Of a stretch of 64,000 nucleotides of DNA, positions 8,696-18,148 are shown in pieces (within the stretch, counting starts at the first letter, position 1; every line of letters begins with the position of its first letter). The notes beneath the pieces are model-generated. The model saw nothing but the letters and a program-made list of their open reading frames with translations. It made no database searches and was not told the origin of the DNA. The position numbers and the translations under genes were made by a program. The DNA comes from an uncultured Aliarcobacter sp. (GTDB lineage: Bacteria > Campylobacterota > Campylobacteria > Campylobacterales > Arcobacteraceae), in NCBI GenBank assembly GCA_963664305.2, contig CAXXLV010000002.1:224001-288000 (forward strand), written 5' to 3'.

Positions 8696-8851
8696 AAAGA
8701 AGTTTACATAAATTTTGCTTTATTTTTTTAGTATATAAAAAGTAAACAAAAAATAGAAAAAGGTAAAAAATATTTTATTAATTAAGTTCAAATTAATTTT
8801 TAAATATATAAAATAAAGTAAAATATTTTTTACTAAAAAAGGGCATAGTTT

Positions 8852-10519
8852 ATGCAAGAATTTATCTATTATAATGCTTCGGGACTCGATTTCCCAGTAA
8901 GTGAAAAGATATTTGTAACAACAAATATTAATGAAGCTAAAAACAAAAACTTTTTAATCTCAAACTCAGATGACATAAATTGTGAATTAGTTGCACCAGA
9001 AATTGATTTTTATATTAAAAATTCACAAGATAACTTAAGTGATAAAATCAAAAATGTATCAGAACTTTATGAAATAGCTGCAACAAAATATGACTTTGCT
9101 TTAGATGTTTCGCATAACTTAGAAATCTCAAATGAATTACTTTTAATTACAAATACAGATGAACAATACAAAGATTTTATTTTAGCTGTTGAAACAAATG
9201 ATTTTGAACTTTTTAATATTCAAGAAAGTATATTAAAATCAATAAGTGGAACTATTGGAAATTTTCAAGTAGTTGTTGATAGTGATGGAAAAGATGTTAC
9301 GTTAAATGTTTCTCAAATTGTTTATTTTGATTATAAAGAGAAACAAAGAGCTGGAATTTATAATCCAAATCTTTCAAATATAGAAGAAGTTTTAAAAACT
9401 TTAAAAAACAATATCAACTCTTATTCATACAAAAAATTTACTACTTATGATGCAAATATTTGTCAATATGATGAAAGAAGAGTTGAAATCTGTTCAGCAT
9501 GTGCGGAAGTTTGTCCAAGTGTTGCTATTACTAAAGATGATAAAAAGAAAAAATTGATTTTTTCAAATGTTGATTGTGTTGCATGTGGAGAGTGTGTTTC
9601 TGTTTGTCCAAGCGGTTCACTTGATAGTGCAACAACAAATAGAGATTCTTTATTTGAATTAAGTCATTTTTATAAAGATAAACATCCTTTAATAATTCCT
9701 TCAAAAATGAATATTTCAACTTTAGAGATTTCATTAAAAGAAAATATCTTTCCTTTTAGTGTTGAAGGTGAAATTTTTGATGAAGCATCACTTTTAACTT
9801 TACTTCAAATATCAGGTTCTCAAATCATCTATTTTAGCGACAAAGTTTCTATTGGAACTAAAGAGTCAATAAATATTTTAAATGATGTTTATCAAAAAAG
9901 ATTTGGTATTGATGCAATCTTATTAGCAACTTCAAAAGAAGAGTTAGAAAAAGCTATGAGTAGTGTAACTTTTGTTGAAAATTCTTATTTTAATTTCAAT
10001 CAAAAAGGTCTTAAAAAAAGAGAAGTATTCTCTCAAAGATTACAAAAAATAGTTGCAAATGATAATTTAGGTGTTGTTAAAACTTCAAAATTTGTTCATT
10101 ATGGAACTGTAACAGTTAATGATGCAAATTGTACATTGTGTATGTCATGTGTTGGTGCATGTAATGTTGATGCAATTTTTGCAAATGAAGCTGATTATAC
10201 TTTAAGAGTAAATCCAAGTCTTTGTACTGCATGTGGTTATTGTGAAGTTAGTTGTCCTGAAAAGGATTGTTTAACTATTCAAAGAGATGAAATCCAACTT
10301 CAACCAATGTGGTTTAAAGAAAATATTTTGGCAAAAGATAGTCTATTTGCTTGTGTTGAATGTGGAAAAGAGTTTGCTACAAAAAAAGCAGTTGAAAAAA
10401 TAGCTTCAATTATGGCTCCAATTTTTGCAAAAGTTAGTGAGACAAAAAAACGAACTTTATACTGTTGTGAAGATTGTAAAGCAAAATTGATGATAAAACA
10501 AGGATTATTAGATGCGTAA
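8852..10519 (+). CDS. Multi-[4Fe-4S] ferredoxin-like protein associated with formate dehydrogenase
   Basis: Several CxxCxxCxxxCP-type motifs (CSACAEVCP, CVACGECVSVCP, CTLCMSCVGAC, CTACGYCEVSCP) and C-terminal CVECG...CCEDC. Confidence 0.88.
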   Translation: MQEFIYYNASGLDFPVSEKIFVTTNINEAKNKNFLISNSDDINCELVAPEIDFYIKNSQDNLSDKIKNVSELYEIAATKYDFALDVSHNLEISNELLLITNTDEQYKDFILAVETNDFELFNIQESILKSISGTIGNFQVVVDSDGKDVTLNVSQIVYFDYKEKQRAGIYNPNLSNIEEVLKTLKNNINSYSYKKFTTYDANICQYDERRVEICSACAEVCPSVAITKDDKKKKLIFSNVDCVACGECVSVCPSGSLDSATTNRDSLFELSHFYKDKHPLIIPSKMNISTLEISLKENIFPFSVEGEIFDEASLLTLLQISGSQIIYFSDKVSIGTKESINILNDVYQKRFGIDAILLATSKEELEKAMSSVTFVENSYFNFNQKGLKKREVFSQRLQKIVANDNLGVVKTSKFVHYGTVTVNDANCTLCMSCVGACNVDAIFANEADYTLRVNPSLCTACGYCEVSCPEKDCLTIQRDEIQLQPMWFKENILAKDSLFACVECGKEFATKKAVEKIASIMAPIFAKVSETKKRTLYCCEDCKAKLMIKQGLLDA

Positions 10520-11123
10520 TGTTGAAATAGATAGAGCAAGAGGCTTTTTATACAATATCTTATCTTTGTTATTTGTAGAAGAGTATGTGAAAAATTCTTC
10601 TAATGATTTAAAAGATGCTTTAGAAATTCTTTCTACTAACTCTTTTGATGAAGATGTATCAATCGCTGCAAAAGAGATTTTAACTTATTTAAATGAAAAT
10701 GGTTTTGATAAGTTGTACGTAGATTATCAAGATTTGTTTATTGTTCCTTTTGGTGAATTTGTATCTTTAAGTGCTTCTTGGTATCACGAACAAAGAGAAG
10801 GTGGTTTGATGCAATTAAAAGTAAGGGATATCTTAGCTAAAACAAAAATTAGAAAAGATGAAAACTCTTTTAAAGCACCAGAAGATCATTATGGATTTAT
10901 TTTTACATTAAGTGCATATCTAATAGAGCAAGAATTAAAAGAAGAGATAAAAGAAGAGTTACAAAAAGAGCTTTTTAAAGAAGTTATAAATCCATATTGT
11001 GATGAACTATTTTATAAATTAATGGCAAGTTCTAGTAAAACTTATTCTCAAGTTGGGGTAATTTTAGGGAATATTTGTAATTTTGAAAGAGCATATTTAG
11101 ATATTCCAAAATTAAAGAAATAG
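10512..11123 (+). CDS. TorD/DmsD-family molybdoenzyme maturation chaperone
   Basis: YQDLF..P, SASWY and PEDH motifs; upstream of fdhA. Confidence 0.87.
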   Translation: MRNVEIDRARGFLYNILSLLFVEEYVKNSSNDLKDALEILSTNSFDEDVSIAAKEILTYLNENGFDKLYVDYQDLFIVPFGEFVSLSASWYHEQREGGLMQLKVRDILAKTKIRKDENSFKAPEDHYGFIFTLSAYLIEQELKEEIKEELQKELFKEVINPYCDELFYKLMASSSKTYSQVGVILGNICNFERAYLDIPKLKK

Positions 11124-11203
11124 GGCATGCTAAGAAAGCTGCTCTAAAAATTTAATTAGAGTTTTTAGAGGGGCTTTTACCCAAATTTATTAAAGGAGTT
11201 ATC

Positions 11204-11428
11204 ATGCAAGATAAGTTAAATGAAAGACGTAACTTTATCAAAAGAGCTGGAATAGCTGCTTCTGTATTAGCTGGATCTGTTGTTGCAACTGCTGCAACTA
11301 CTGAAAGCAAAGATAGAGGTGCTGGAAGCAATGTTGGTAACGGTGTTGTAGTAGGAACATCTACTAAAAAAGAGATTCTTTACAAAAAAACTGCGGCTTG
11401 GGATACGTTTTACGACGCTGCTAGATAA
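11204..11428 (+). CDS. Small twin-arginine protein of formate dehydrogenase loci
   Basis: RRNFIK Tat motif, C-terminal YKKTAAWDTFY, strong AAGGAG RBS; directly before fdhA. Confidence 0.8.
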   Translation: MQDKLNERRNFIKRAGIAASVLAGSVVATAATTESKDRGAGSNVGNGVVVGTSTKKEILYKKTAAWDTFYDAAR

Positions 11429-11452
11429 GTAAATTAGAAAAAGGAGGAGAAT

Positions 11453-14254
11453 ATGGAAGCTTTAAAAAGCTTTGGAAGAAGAAGTTTTCTTAAGATGGCT
11501 TCACTTGCAACAGCTGTAACAGCAACTTCTGCCTTTGCGAACACAGAAAAAGTATTAAGAGATGCGACTGATGAAGAGGTTAAAAACCCTTTCCCTGGTT
11601 CAAAATTAATTAAAACTATTTGTTCACATTGTTCAGTTGGTTGTGGTGTTATTGCTGAAGTTCAAAATGGTGTATGGGTTAGACAAGAAGTTGCTCAAGA
11701 CCATCCAATTAGTCACGGAGGACATTGTTGTAAAGGTGCTGATATGATTGATAAAATCAGAGCAACTAACAGATTACAATATCCAATTGAAAAAGTAGCT
11801 GGAAAATGGAATAGAGTTTCATGGGATGATGCTATGAGTAAAATCTCAGCAAAATTAATGGAACTAAGAGAAAAATTTGGTCCAGATGCAGTTCAATTTT
11901 TAGGTTCAGCAAAAGTAAGTAATGAGCAAGCTTATTATATTAGAAAATTTGCAGCATTATTTGGAACAAATAATATAGATCACCAAGCTAGAATTTGACA
12001 TAGTCCAACAGTTGCCGGTGTGGCAAATACATGGGGTTATGGAGCTATGACAAATCATTTAGGTGATATGCAAAACTCAAAAGCAATTATAATTATGGGT
12101 GCAAATCCTGCAGCGAACCATCCTATTGCTATGCAACATATTTTGAAAGCAAAACAACAAAATGGTGCAAAAATTATAGTTGTAGATCCAAGATTTACTA
12201 AAACTGCTGCTAAAGCAGACCTTTATTGTAGAATTAGAACAGGTACTGATATTGCGTTCCTTTACGGAATTATTAGACTTGCAAGAGAAAATGGTTGGTA
12301 TGATAAATCATTTATTGAGCAAAGAGTTTATGGAATGGAAGATATCTTTAAAGAGTGTGAAGAGTTTACTCCTGAGCATGTAGAAGATATTACTGGATGT
12401 CCTAAAGAGACTTTAATTCAAGCTGCAACTGCATTTGCAACAGCAGACCCAGGATGTTTAATTTGGAATCAAGGTTGGACACAACACACAGTTGGTTCAT
12501 CAAATACAAGACTTGGTTCAATTATGCAGTTAGTTCTTGGAAATTTAGGAAAACCAGGTGGTGGATGTAATATTCTAAGAGGTCATGATAATGTTCAAGG
12601 TTCAACTGATATGGGTTGTCTTGCTGATACATTACCAGGATATTATGGTTTAGCTGAAGGTTCATGGAAATATTTTGCAAAACAATGGAAAGTTGATTAT
12701 GAATGGTTAAAAGGAAGATTTAAAACTCCTGAAATGATGCAAGCAAAAGGTAATAGTTTATCTTTATGGATTCATAACGTTGTTGATGATGCCAATGCAA
12801 AGAATAATGCTGGTACTCCTTTAAAAGCTTTAATTTGTATTGGAAATGGTATTTCAACAATAACACAAACTCATAAAACAAAAGAGGCTTTAGATAAATT
12901 AGATTTAGTTGTATTTATTGACCCATATGTAAATGATGCTGCTGTTATTACAACAAGAAATGATAATATGTTCTTATTACCAGCTGCTTCACAAGTTGAA
13001 ACAGAAGGAACAGTTGTAAATACTTCAAGAATTGCACAGTGGAGAACTAAAGTTGTTGAGCCATTATATGAATCAAGAACTGACCACGATATTTTATTTG
13101 ACTTTGCAAAAAGAATGGGATTCTATAATGAATTTATTGCAGGTATGGGTAAAGGTGATAAATTTGTTTGGCCAGACGATGCAACAAATGAAATTGCAAG
13201 AGCATTAAAAACTATTGGAATGCAAGGAAGAACGGCTGAAAGAATTAAAAAACATACTACAAATTGGCATTTATTTAATTCAACTTCTTTAAAAGGAAGA
13301 GGAGTTACAGAAAAAGAGTATTATGGATTACCTTGGCCTTGTTGGACAGAATCACATCCAGGAAGCCCAGTACTTTATAATATCAATTTACCAGTTTCTC
13401 AAGGTGGTATGGGATTTAGAACAAGATTTGGAACAGAGAGAAATGGAGTTAGTTTATTAGCTGCTGAAGGGTCTGCACCAGTTGGTTCAAGAATCAAAGG
13501 TGGATATGATGAAATTACAGCTAAAAATATTGAAGAATTAGCAGGAATTACATTAACTGAAGATGAGAAAAAATTAGTTGAAGGTAAAAACTGGAAAAAT
13601 GATGATAGTGGACTTTTAGTTAAATATGCACTTCAAGCTGGACTTGCTCCTTATGGAAATGCAAGAGCTAGAACTATTGTTTGGGAATTTGTTGATCCAA
13701 CACCAAAACATAGAGAGCCATTACATACATTTAGACCAGATTTAATTGCTAAATATCCTGCAATTAAAGATAAACCTAACCACTTTAGAGTTGATGTTAG
13801 ATATGAAAGTGAACAAACAGCTCAAGATTGGACAAAAGATTATCCAATTAATATTGTTTCAGGAAGAGTTGTTGAACATATGGGAACAGGAACAGAAACA
13901 AGAGCATCTAAATATCTATCAGAACTTTCAGGTGAAATGTATGGTGAATTACATCCATCTTTAGCTGGAAAACTTGGAGTTAAAGAAAATGAAATGATGT
14001 GGGTTTATGGAACTGGTGGAGGAAAAATCAAAATTAAATGTAAATATAGTTTAAGAGTAGATGAAAACTCAGTATTCTTACCTCAAAACTTCTCAGGAGT
14101 TTGGAGTGGTGAAAGTTTAGTAGATAGATATCCAGCAGGTACTGCTCCTTATGGACTTGGTGAAAGTTCAAACCAAGTTACAAGTTATGGTTACGACCAA
14201 CAAACTTCTTGCCCAGAGACAAAATGTTCTCTTGTAAGAATTGAAAGAGCATAG
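11453..14254 (+). CDS. fdhA: Formate dehydrogenase alpha subunit, selenoprotein (Sec at codon 182, 933 aa)
   Basis: RRSFLK Tat signal, CSHCSVGC...C Fe-S motif, DHQARI-(TGA 11996-11998)-HSPTVAG joining the 181-aa and 744-aa ORFs in frame, RGHDNVQG motif. Confidence 0.97.
12012..12026 (+). promoter_or_regulatory. Candidate bacterial SECIS element of fdhA
   Basis: TTGCC-GGTGT-GGCAA stem-loop starting 13 nt after the in-frame TGA. Confidence 0.75.
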
Positions 14255-14264
14255 GAGATACAAA

Positions 14265-14858
14265 ATGAGTAGTAATGTAGATTTTTCAAAAATGAAATTT
14301 TATTGTGATGAAAATCTTTGTATCGATTGTAATGGATGTGTTGTAGCTTGTAAAGAGGCTCACGAAGTTCCAGTTGGGGTTAATAGAAGAAAAGTAGTTA
14401 CAGTAAATGAAGGAATAGTAGGAAAAGAGATATCTATTTCTATGGCTTGTATGCATTGTAGCGATGCTCCTTGTCAACAAGTTTGTCCTACAGATTGTTT
14501 TTATATCAGAACAGATGGTATTGTTTTACATGATAAAGACAAATGTATTGGTTGTGGATATTGTTTATTTGCTTGTCCTTTTGGTGCTCCACAATTTCCA
14601 AAAAATGGTGCATTTGGAACAAAAGGAAAAATGGATAAATGTACAATGTGTGCAGGAGGTCCAGAAGAGACTAACTCACATGAAGAGTTCCATAAATATG
14701 GACAAAATAGAATCAGTGAAGGTAAAGTTCCAATGTGTGCATCTATGTGTTCTACAAAAGCTTTACTAGTTGGAGATGCTAATGAGGTTGCTTTAATTAA
14801 AACATATAGAGCTGCTTCAAAAGGTAAAGGTATCTCAACTGATTCATATGGATGGTAG
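14265..14858 (+). CDS. fdhB: Formate dehydrogenase iron-sulfur subunit
   Basis: CIDCNGCVVAC, CMHCSDAPCQQVCP, CIGCGYCLFACP and KCTMC motifs; start at the ATG after AGGAG. Confidence 0.95.
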   Translation: MSSNVDFSKMKFYCDENLCIDCNGCVVACKEAHEVPVGVNRRKVVTVNEGIVGKEISISMACMHCSDAPCQQVCPTDCFYIRTDGIVLHDKDKCIGCGYCLFACPFGAPQFPKNGAFGTKGKMDKCTMCAGGPEETNSHEEFHKYGQNRISEGKVPMCASMCSTKALLVGDANEVALIKTYRAASKGKGISTDSYGW

Positions 14859-14866
14859 GATAAAAT

Positions 14867-15820
14867 ATGGAAAATAGCTCATTTTTCGAAAGAAATAAAG
14901 CGTATATTTTTACTCTTCTTGGGCTATCATTAGTAGGATTTGTATTCGTTAATTTTTTAATGATTATGGATTGGGAATATTTAATCAAATATTCAATTCA
15001 TGTAATAACAGGTGGTAATTTGGATGGAGTTTTAACTCCACCAGATTCTACTTATAAAGCAATGGTAAATGCAGCTTTTGGTCCAAACTATGAAGCTATT
15101 GCACCTGAAATAATAAGAGCTAGCAATGAAAGACAACTTTTCATTTGGTGGGTTTTTGTAGGTGAAATAGCAATATTTTGTGTAATGTACGCAATTAGTG
15201 GAAGAAAAACAGCTGTAATTACAAAGCCAAATGATGAAGTTGAAGTATTTTCATTATTTCATAGAGCAATAATTTGGTTAAATGTATTTATTATTATTAC
15301 TTTGATTATTACTGGATTTAATATAACTTGGAGTTTAAGAAGTGAAGGTGGATATATTCCATTTATTTTAAGAGGAACTCATGAAGTTACAGGATTAGTA
15401 TGGTTTCCAATTTGGCTACTAATGAGTATAATAGCGTTTAAAGATATAAAATTATTAACAAAAAATAGCTTAATTAATAAGCTTGTATTACCAGGAAAAT
15501 ATAAACCAATGAAAAGAATAATTTTTATTGTGTTTGTAGCAATGGGAGCAGGGTTATTAGTAAGTGGTGCAACAATTTGGTATTTACATCCAGATGCATA
15601 CACACATGCTCAATTTATTCAATTTAAAAGAGCATTACTTTATGTACATTTTGGTGCTAGTGTACTTATAATGTTTTTCTTAATGGATTTTGTTTATTCT
15701 GCTTTAGTTGCTGTAAAAGGTAACTTAAAAGGTTTAATTACAGGAAAATATCCAAAAGAACATTTAGAACAGTTAGCTCCTGATATTTTAGCAGATATAG
15801 AAAAAAGAAAAGGAAAATAG
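14867..15820 (+). CDS. fdhC: Formate dehydrogenase cytochrome b (gamma) subunit
   Basis: Multiple TM helices with His residues (FHR, THE, VHF); position after fdhB. Confidence 0.8.
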   Translation: MENSSFFERNKAYIFTLLGLSLVGFVFVNFLMIMDWEYLIKYSIHVITGGNLDGVLTPPDSTYKAMVNAAFGPNYEAIAPEIIRASNERQLFIWWVFVGEIAIFCVMYAISGRKTAVITKPNDEVEVFSLFHRAIIWLNVFIIITLIITGFNITWSLRSEGGYIPFILRGTHEVTGLVWFPIWLLMSIIAFKDIKLLTKNSLINKLVLPGKYKPMKRIIFIVFVAMGAGLLVSGATIWYLHPDAYTHAQFIQFKRALLYVHFGASVLIMFFLMDFVYSALVAVKGNLKGLITGKYPKEHLEQLAPDILADIEKRKGK

Positions 15821-15821
15821 C

Positions 15822-16652
15822 ATGACAAGCGCTATGAGAAGTGAAAACTTCTCCCTTTTTCATGATAATTTAGATGATTATACAAAAGAGATAATCATAG
15901 AAAAATTTTATGAAGATGGGGTAGAAACAATTGAAGATTATGTTATCAAAGAGGATAAAATAGAGTTTTTTCTAAATGGAAAAAGATTTTTATCAGTAAT
16001 GAGTATAGCACAACATCAAGATGCTCATATTTTAGGTTTTTTACTTAGTGAAGCAGTTATAAAAAGTTTTGATGATGTGAAATCAATAGTTATAAGTGAA
16101 GATGGATTAAAAGTAGAAGTAATTGCAAATGTTAGTGATGAAGGATATGCAAATTTATTTAAAGAAAAAACTTTAACTTCGGGTTGTTGCATTGGAGTTA
16201 CAGGAAATGCTGAAAAAGTTTTTGATTGTTCATTTATAAATACGGATTATAAAGTTCATGCAAAAGATATATTGTCAAATATGAAACTATTTAACACATC
16301 ATCTAAATTATTTGATAATACTGGATGTGTTCATAAAGCTGAGCTTGTTTTAGCAGATGGTACAATATACGTTGCTGAAGATATTGGAAGACATAATGCT
16401 ATTGATAAAGTAATTGGACTTGCAAGCATGAATAAAAAAGATGTTAAAAAATCAGTTTTATATGCAACTGGTAGATTATCTATGGAGATGGTTGTAAAAT
16501 GTGTAATGCATAGAATTCCAATCGTTGTTTCAAAAGCAGCAGTTACCTTTCAAGGTATAAAATCAGCAAATGAACATGGAATTACTCTTGTAGGATTTGC
16601 AAGGGGAAATAAAATGAATGTATATACTCACTCAGGAAGAATAAATGTCTAG
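15822..16652 (+). CDS. fdhD: Formate dehydrogenase sulfurtransferase
   Basis: SGCCIG, TGCVH, EDIGRHNAIDK, GRLSMEM and GFARG motifs. Confidence 0.94.
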   Translation: MTSAMRSENFSLFHDNLDDYTKEIIIEKFYEDGVETIEDYVIKEDKIEFFLNGKRFLSVMSIAQHQDAHILGFLLSEAVIKSFDDVKSIVISEDGLKVEVIANVSDEGYANLFKEKTLTSGCCIGVTGNAEKVFDCSFINTDYKVHAKDILSNMKLFNTSSKLFDNTGCVHKAELVLADGTIYVAEDIGRHNAIDKVIGLASMNKKDVKKSVLYATGRLSMEMVVKCVMHRIPIVVSKAAVTFQGIKSANEHGITLVGFARGNKMNVYTHSGRINV

Positions 16653-17067
16653 TATTGATGATAACGTCGTTGTAGAACTTGATAATATACAAAAAGAGTT
16701 ACTACTAACAAATTTAGATGAAGAGGGAAAACTATCTTGCTTAAAAGCTTTTAAAGTTGCAAGATTAATTGGTAGAAAACCAATAGAAATGAGTGCTATT
16801 ACAAAAAGCATGGGAATAAAAATTACAAATTGTGAGCTTGGTGTTTTTGGAAAGTTAAAATTTAAAGACCCAAGTGCAGTAGTTTATAATAGACTAAGAC
16901 AAAATTACATGGGGCATGAAACTTTAGAATGTAAAGTTATATGGGATGAAGCAAAAAGAAGTAATCTAAAAACTGTTGGCTCAACAGTTAAAAATAGTAA
17001 TATTCAAGTAAGTCATTGTCAGCTTGGTTGTTTTAGAACTAGAAATGGAAAAAAAGAGCTTGTTTAA
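16645..17067 (+). CDS. Uncharacterised protein with a tandem-duplicated Cys-containing module
   Basis: Two repeats, LSCLKAF...NCELGVF and LECKVIW...HCQLGCF; overlaps the fdhD stop. Confidence 0.7.
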   Translation: MSSIDDNVVVELDNIQKELLLTNLDEEGKLSCLKAFKVARLIGRKPIEMSAITKSMGIKITNCELGVFGKLKFKDPSAVVYNRLRQNYMGHETLECKVIWDEAKRSNLKTVGSTVKNSNIQVSHCQLGCFRTRNGKKELV

Positions 17068-18040
17068 ACTCAATGTTTTACAATACAATCCAATAAAAAT
17101 AGATTTTATAAATGAAAATTATTCACTTGATAGTTTAGTGGATAATTCTCATTTTGAAGAGTTAACTAAAAAATATAAAGAAAAATTTGGCTTTTCAAAA
17201 CTAAAAACTTTCTCTTTTTCAAAAGAGGGATTTTTAGGTCTTTTTTTAGAACTACGTGGAAAAATTGCTATTAGTCTTGGAGAATGTGAAGCTTTAATAA
17301 ATGGTGCAAAACTATATGAAAGTTTAGGTTTTGAAATCATTTGGATAGGTTTAAACAAAGATGGAAAAGTAAATTTAAAAACAATAGAAAATCAAAATAT
17401 AGATTTTCTTTTTTTATCTTCTTATGTTATGGATACTTTTGTAATAACACCTTTAGATGAGGTAAAAAAACTAACAACTGCTAAAATCATCTCAAATGCA
17501 AGTGCTCAAATTTCATCTTTTAGTGATGCAATCTATTTTGATAACTATAAATTAACTGGTTATAACTTATCTGGTGTAATACTATTTGAAGAGGAAAATC
17601 TTTTTGAACTTTTAAATATAGGATTTATTGATACTTTGGCTGTAAAGTATTGTTTTGAAGCTTTAGAAAATCAAGAATTGAATTATGAGATGAAAGATAA
17701 ATTCTTATTAAAACTAAAAGAGAAGTTTGCTGAAGATTTATACTTTTTTGTAAATCCAAATGATACTTTGCTTTATTCTTTACACTTTGCACTAAAAGGT
17801 ATAAAAGCAAGAGAGCTAATACGAACACTTGCTCTTAATCAAATTTTCTTGACAAATGGAGAAGGATGCTCTTTGGGACTATCAAAACCATCAAGAATAA
17901 TCCAAGCTATGGGATATGATGAACTTACAAGCAGAAACTCAATCCAAATGGCTTTTAATAGATTTTTTAGTGATGTAGAAATAGAAAAGATTGTAAATAC
18001 TATTTATTTAAAATATAAACAGATCAAATCATTTATTTGA
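17045..18040 (+). CDS. Divergent cysteine desulfurase (NifS/IscS)-like protein
   Basis: NGEGCSLG aligns with the GSACS catalytic loop; YKLTG at the PLP-Lys position; SRIIQAMG. Start uncertain (17024/17045/17060). Confidence 0.7.
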   Translation: MEKKSLFKLNVLQYNPIKIDFINENYSLDSLVDNSHFEELTKKYKEKFGFSKLKTFSFSKEGFLGLFLELRGKIAISLGECEALINGAKLYESLGFEIIWIGLNKDGKVNLKTIENQNIDFLFLSSYVMDTFVITPLDEVKKLTTAKIISNASAQISSFSDAIYFDNYKLTGYNLSGVILFEEENLFELLNIGFIDTLAVKYCFEALENQELNYEMKDKFLLKLKEKFAEDLYFFVNPNDTLLYSLHFALKGIKARELIRTLALNQIFLTNGEGCSLGLSKPSRIIQAMGYDELTSRNSIQMAFNRFFSDVEIEKIVNTIYLKYKQIKSFI

Positions 18041-18148
18041 TTACTTAATTTTAAAATTATAACTATTTTTATAATTTTTTAGAAAAAACTTTCGATTTCC
18101 TTTCTTTTTTTTGATTAAATTTCTTTATAAAAAAAATAAGGAAATGAA

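Noticed and set aside
11996..12020. fdhA as a pseudogene or split gene
   Set aside because: The stop is an in-frame TGA at the Sec ligand position with a SECIS-like hairpin, and the Sec machinery is present.
18038..18082. Sec read-through at the TGA of the NifS-like gene
   Set aside because: Downstream sequence is low-complexity A/T with no hairpin, and the protein already appears complete.
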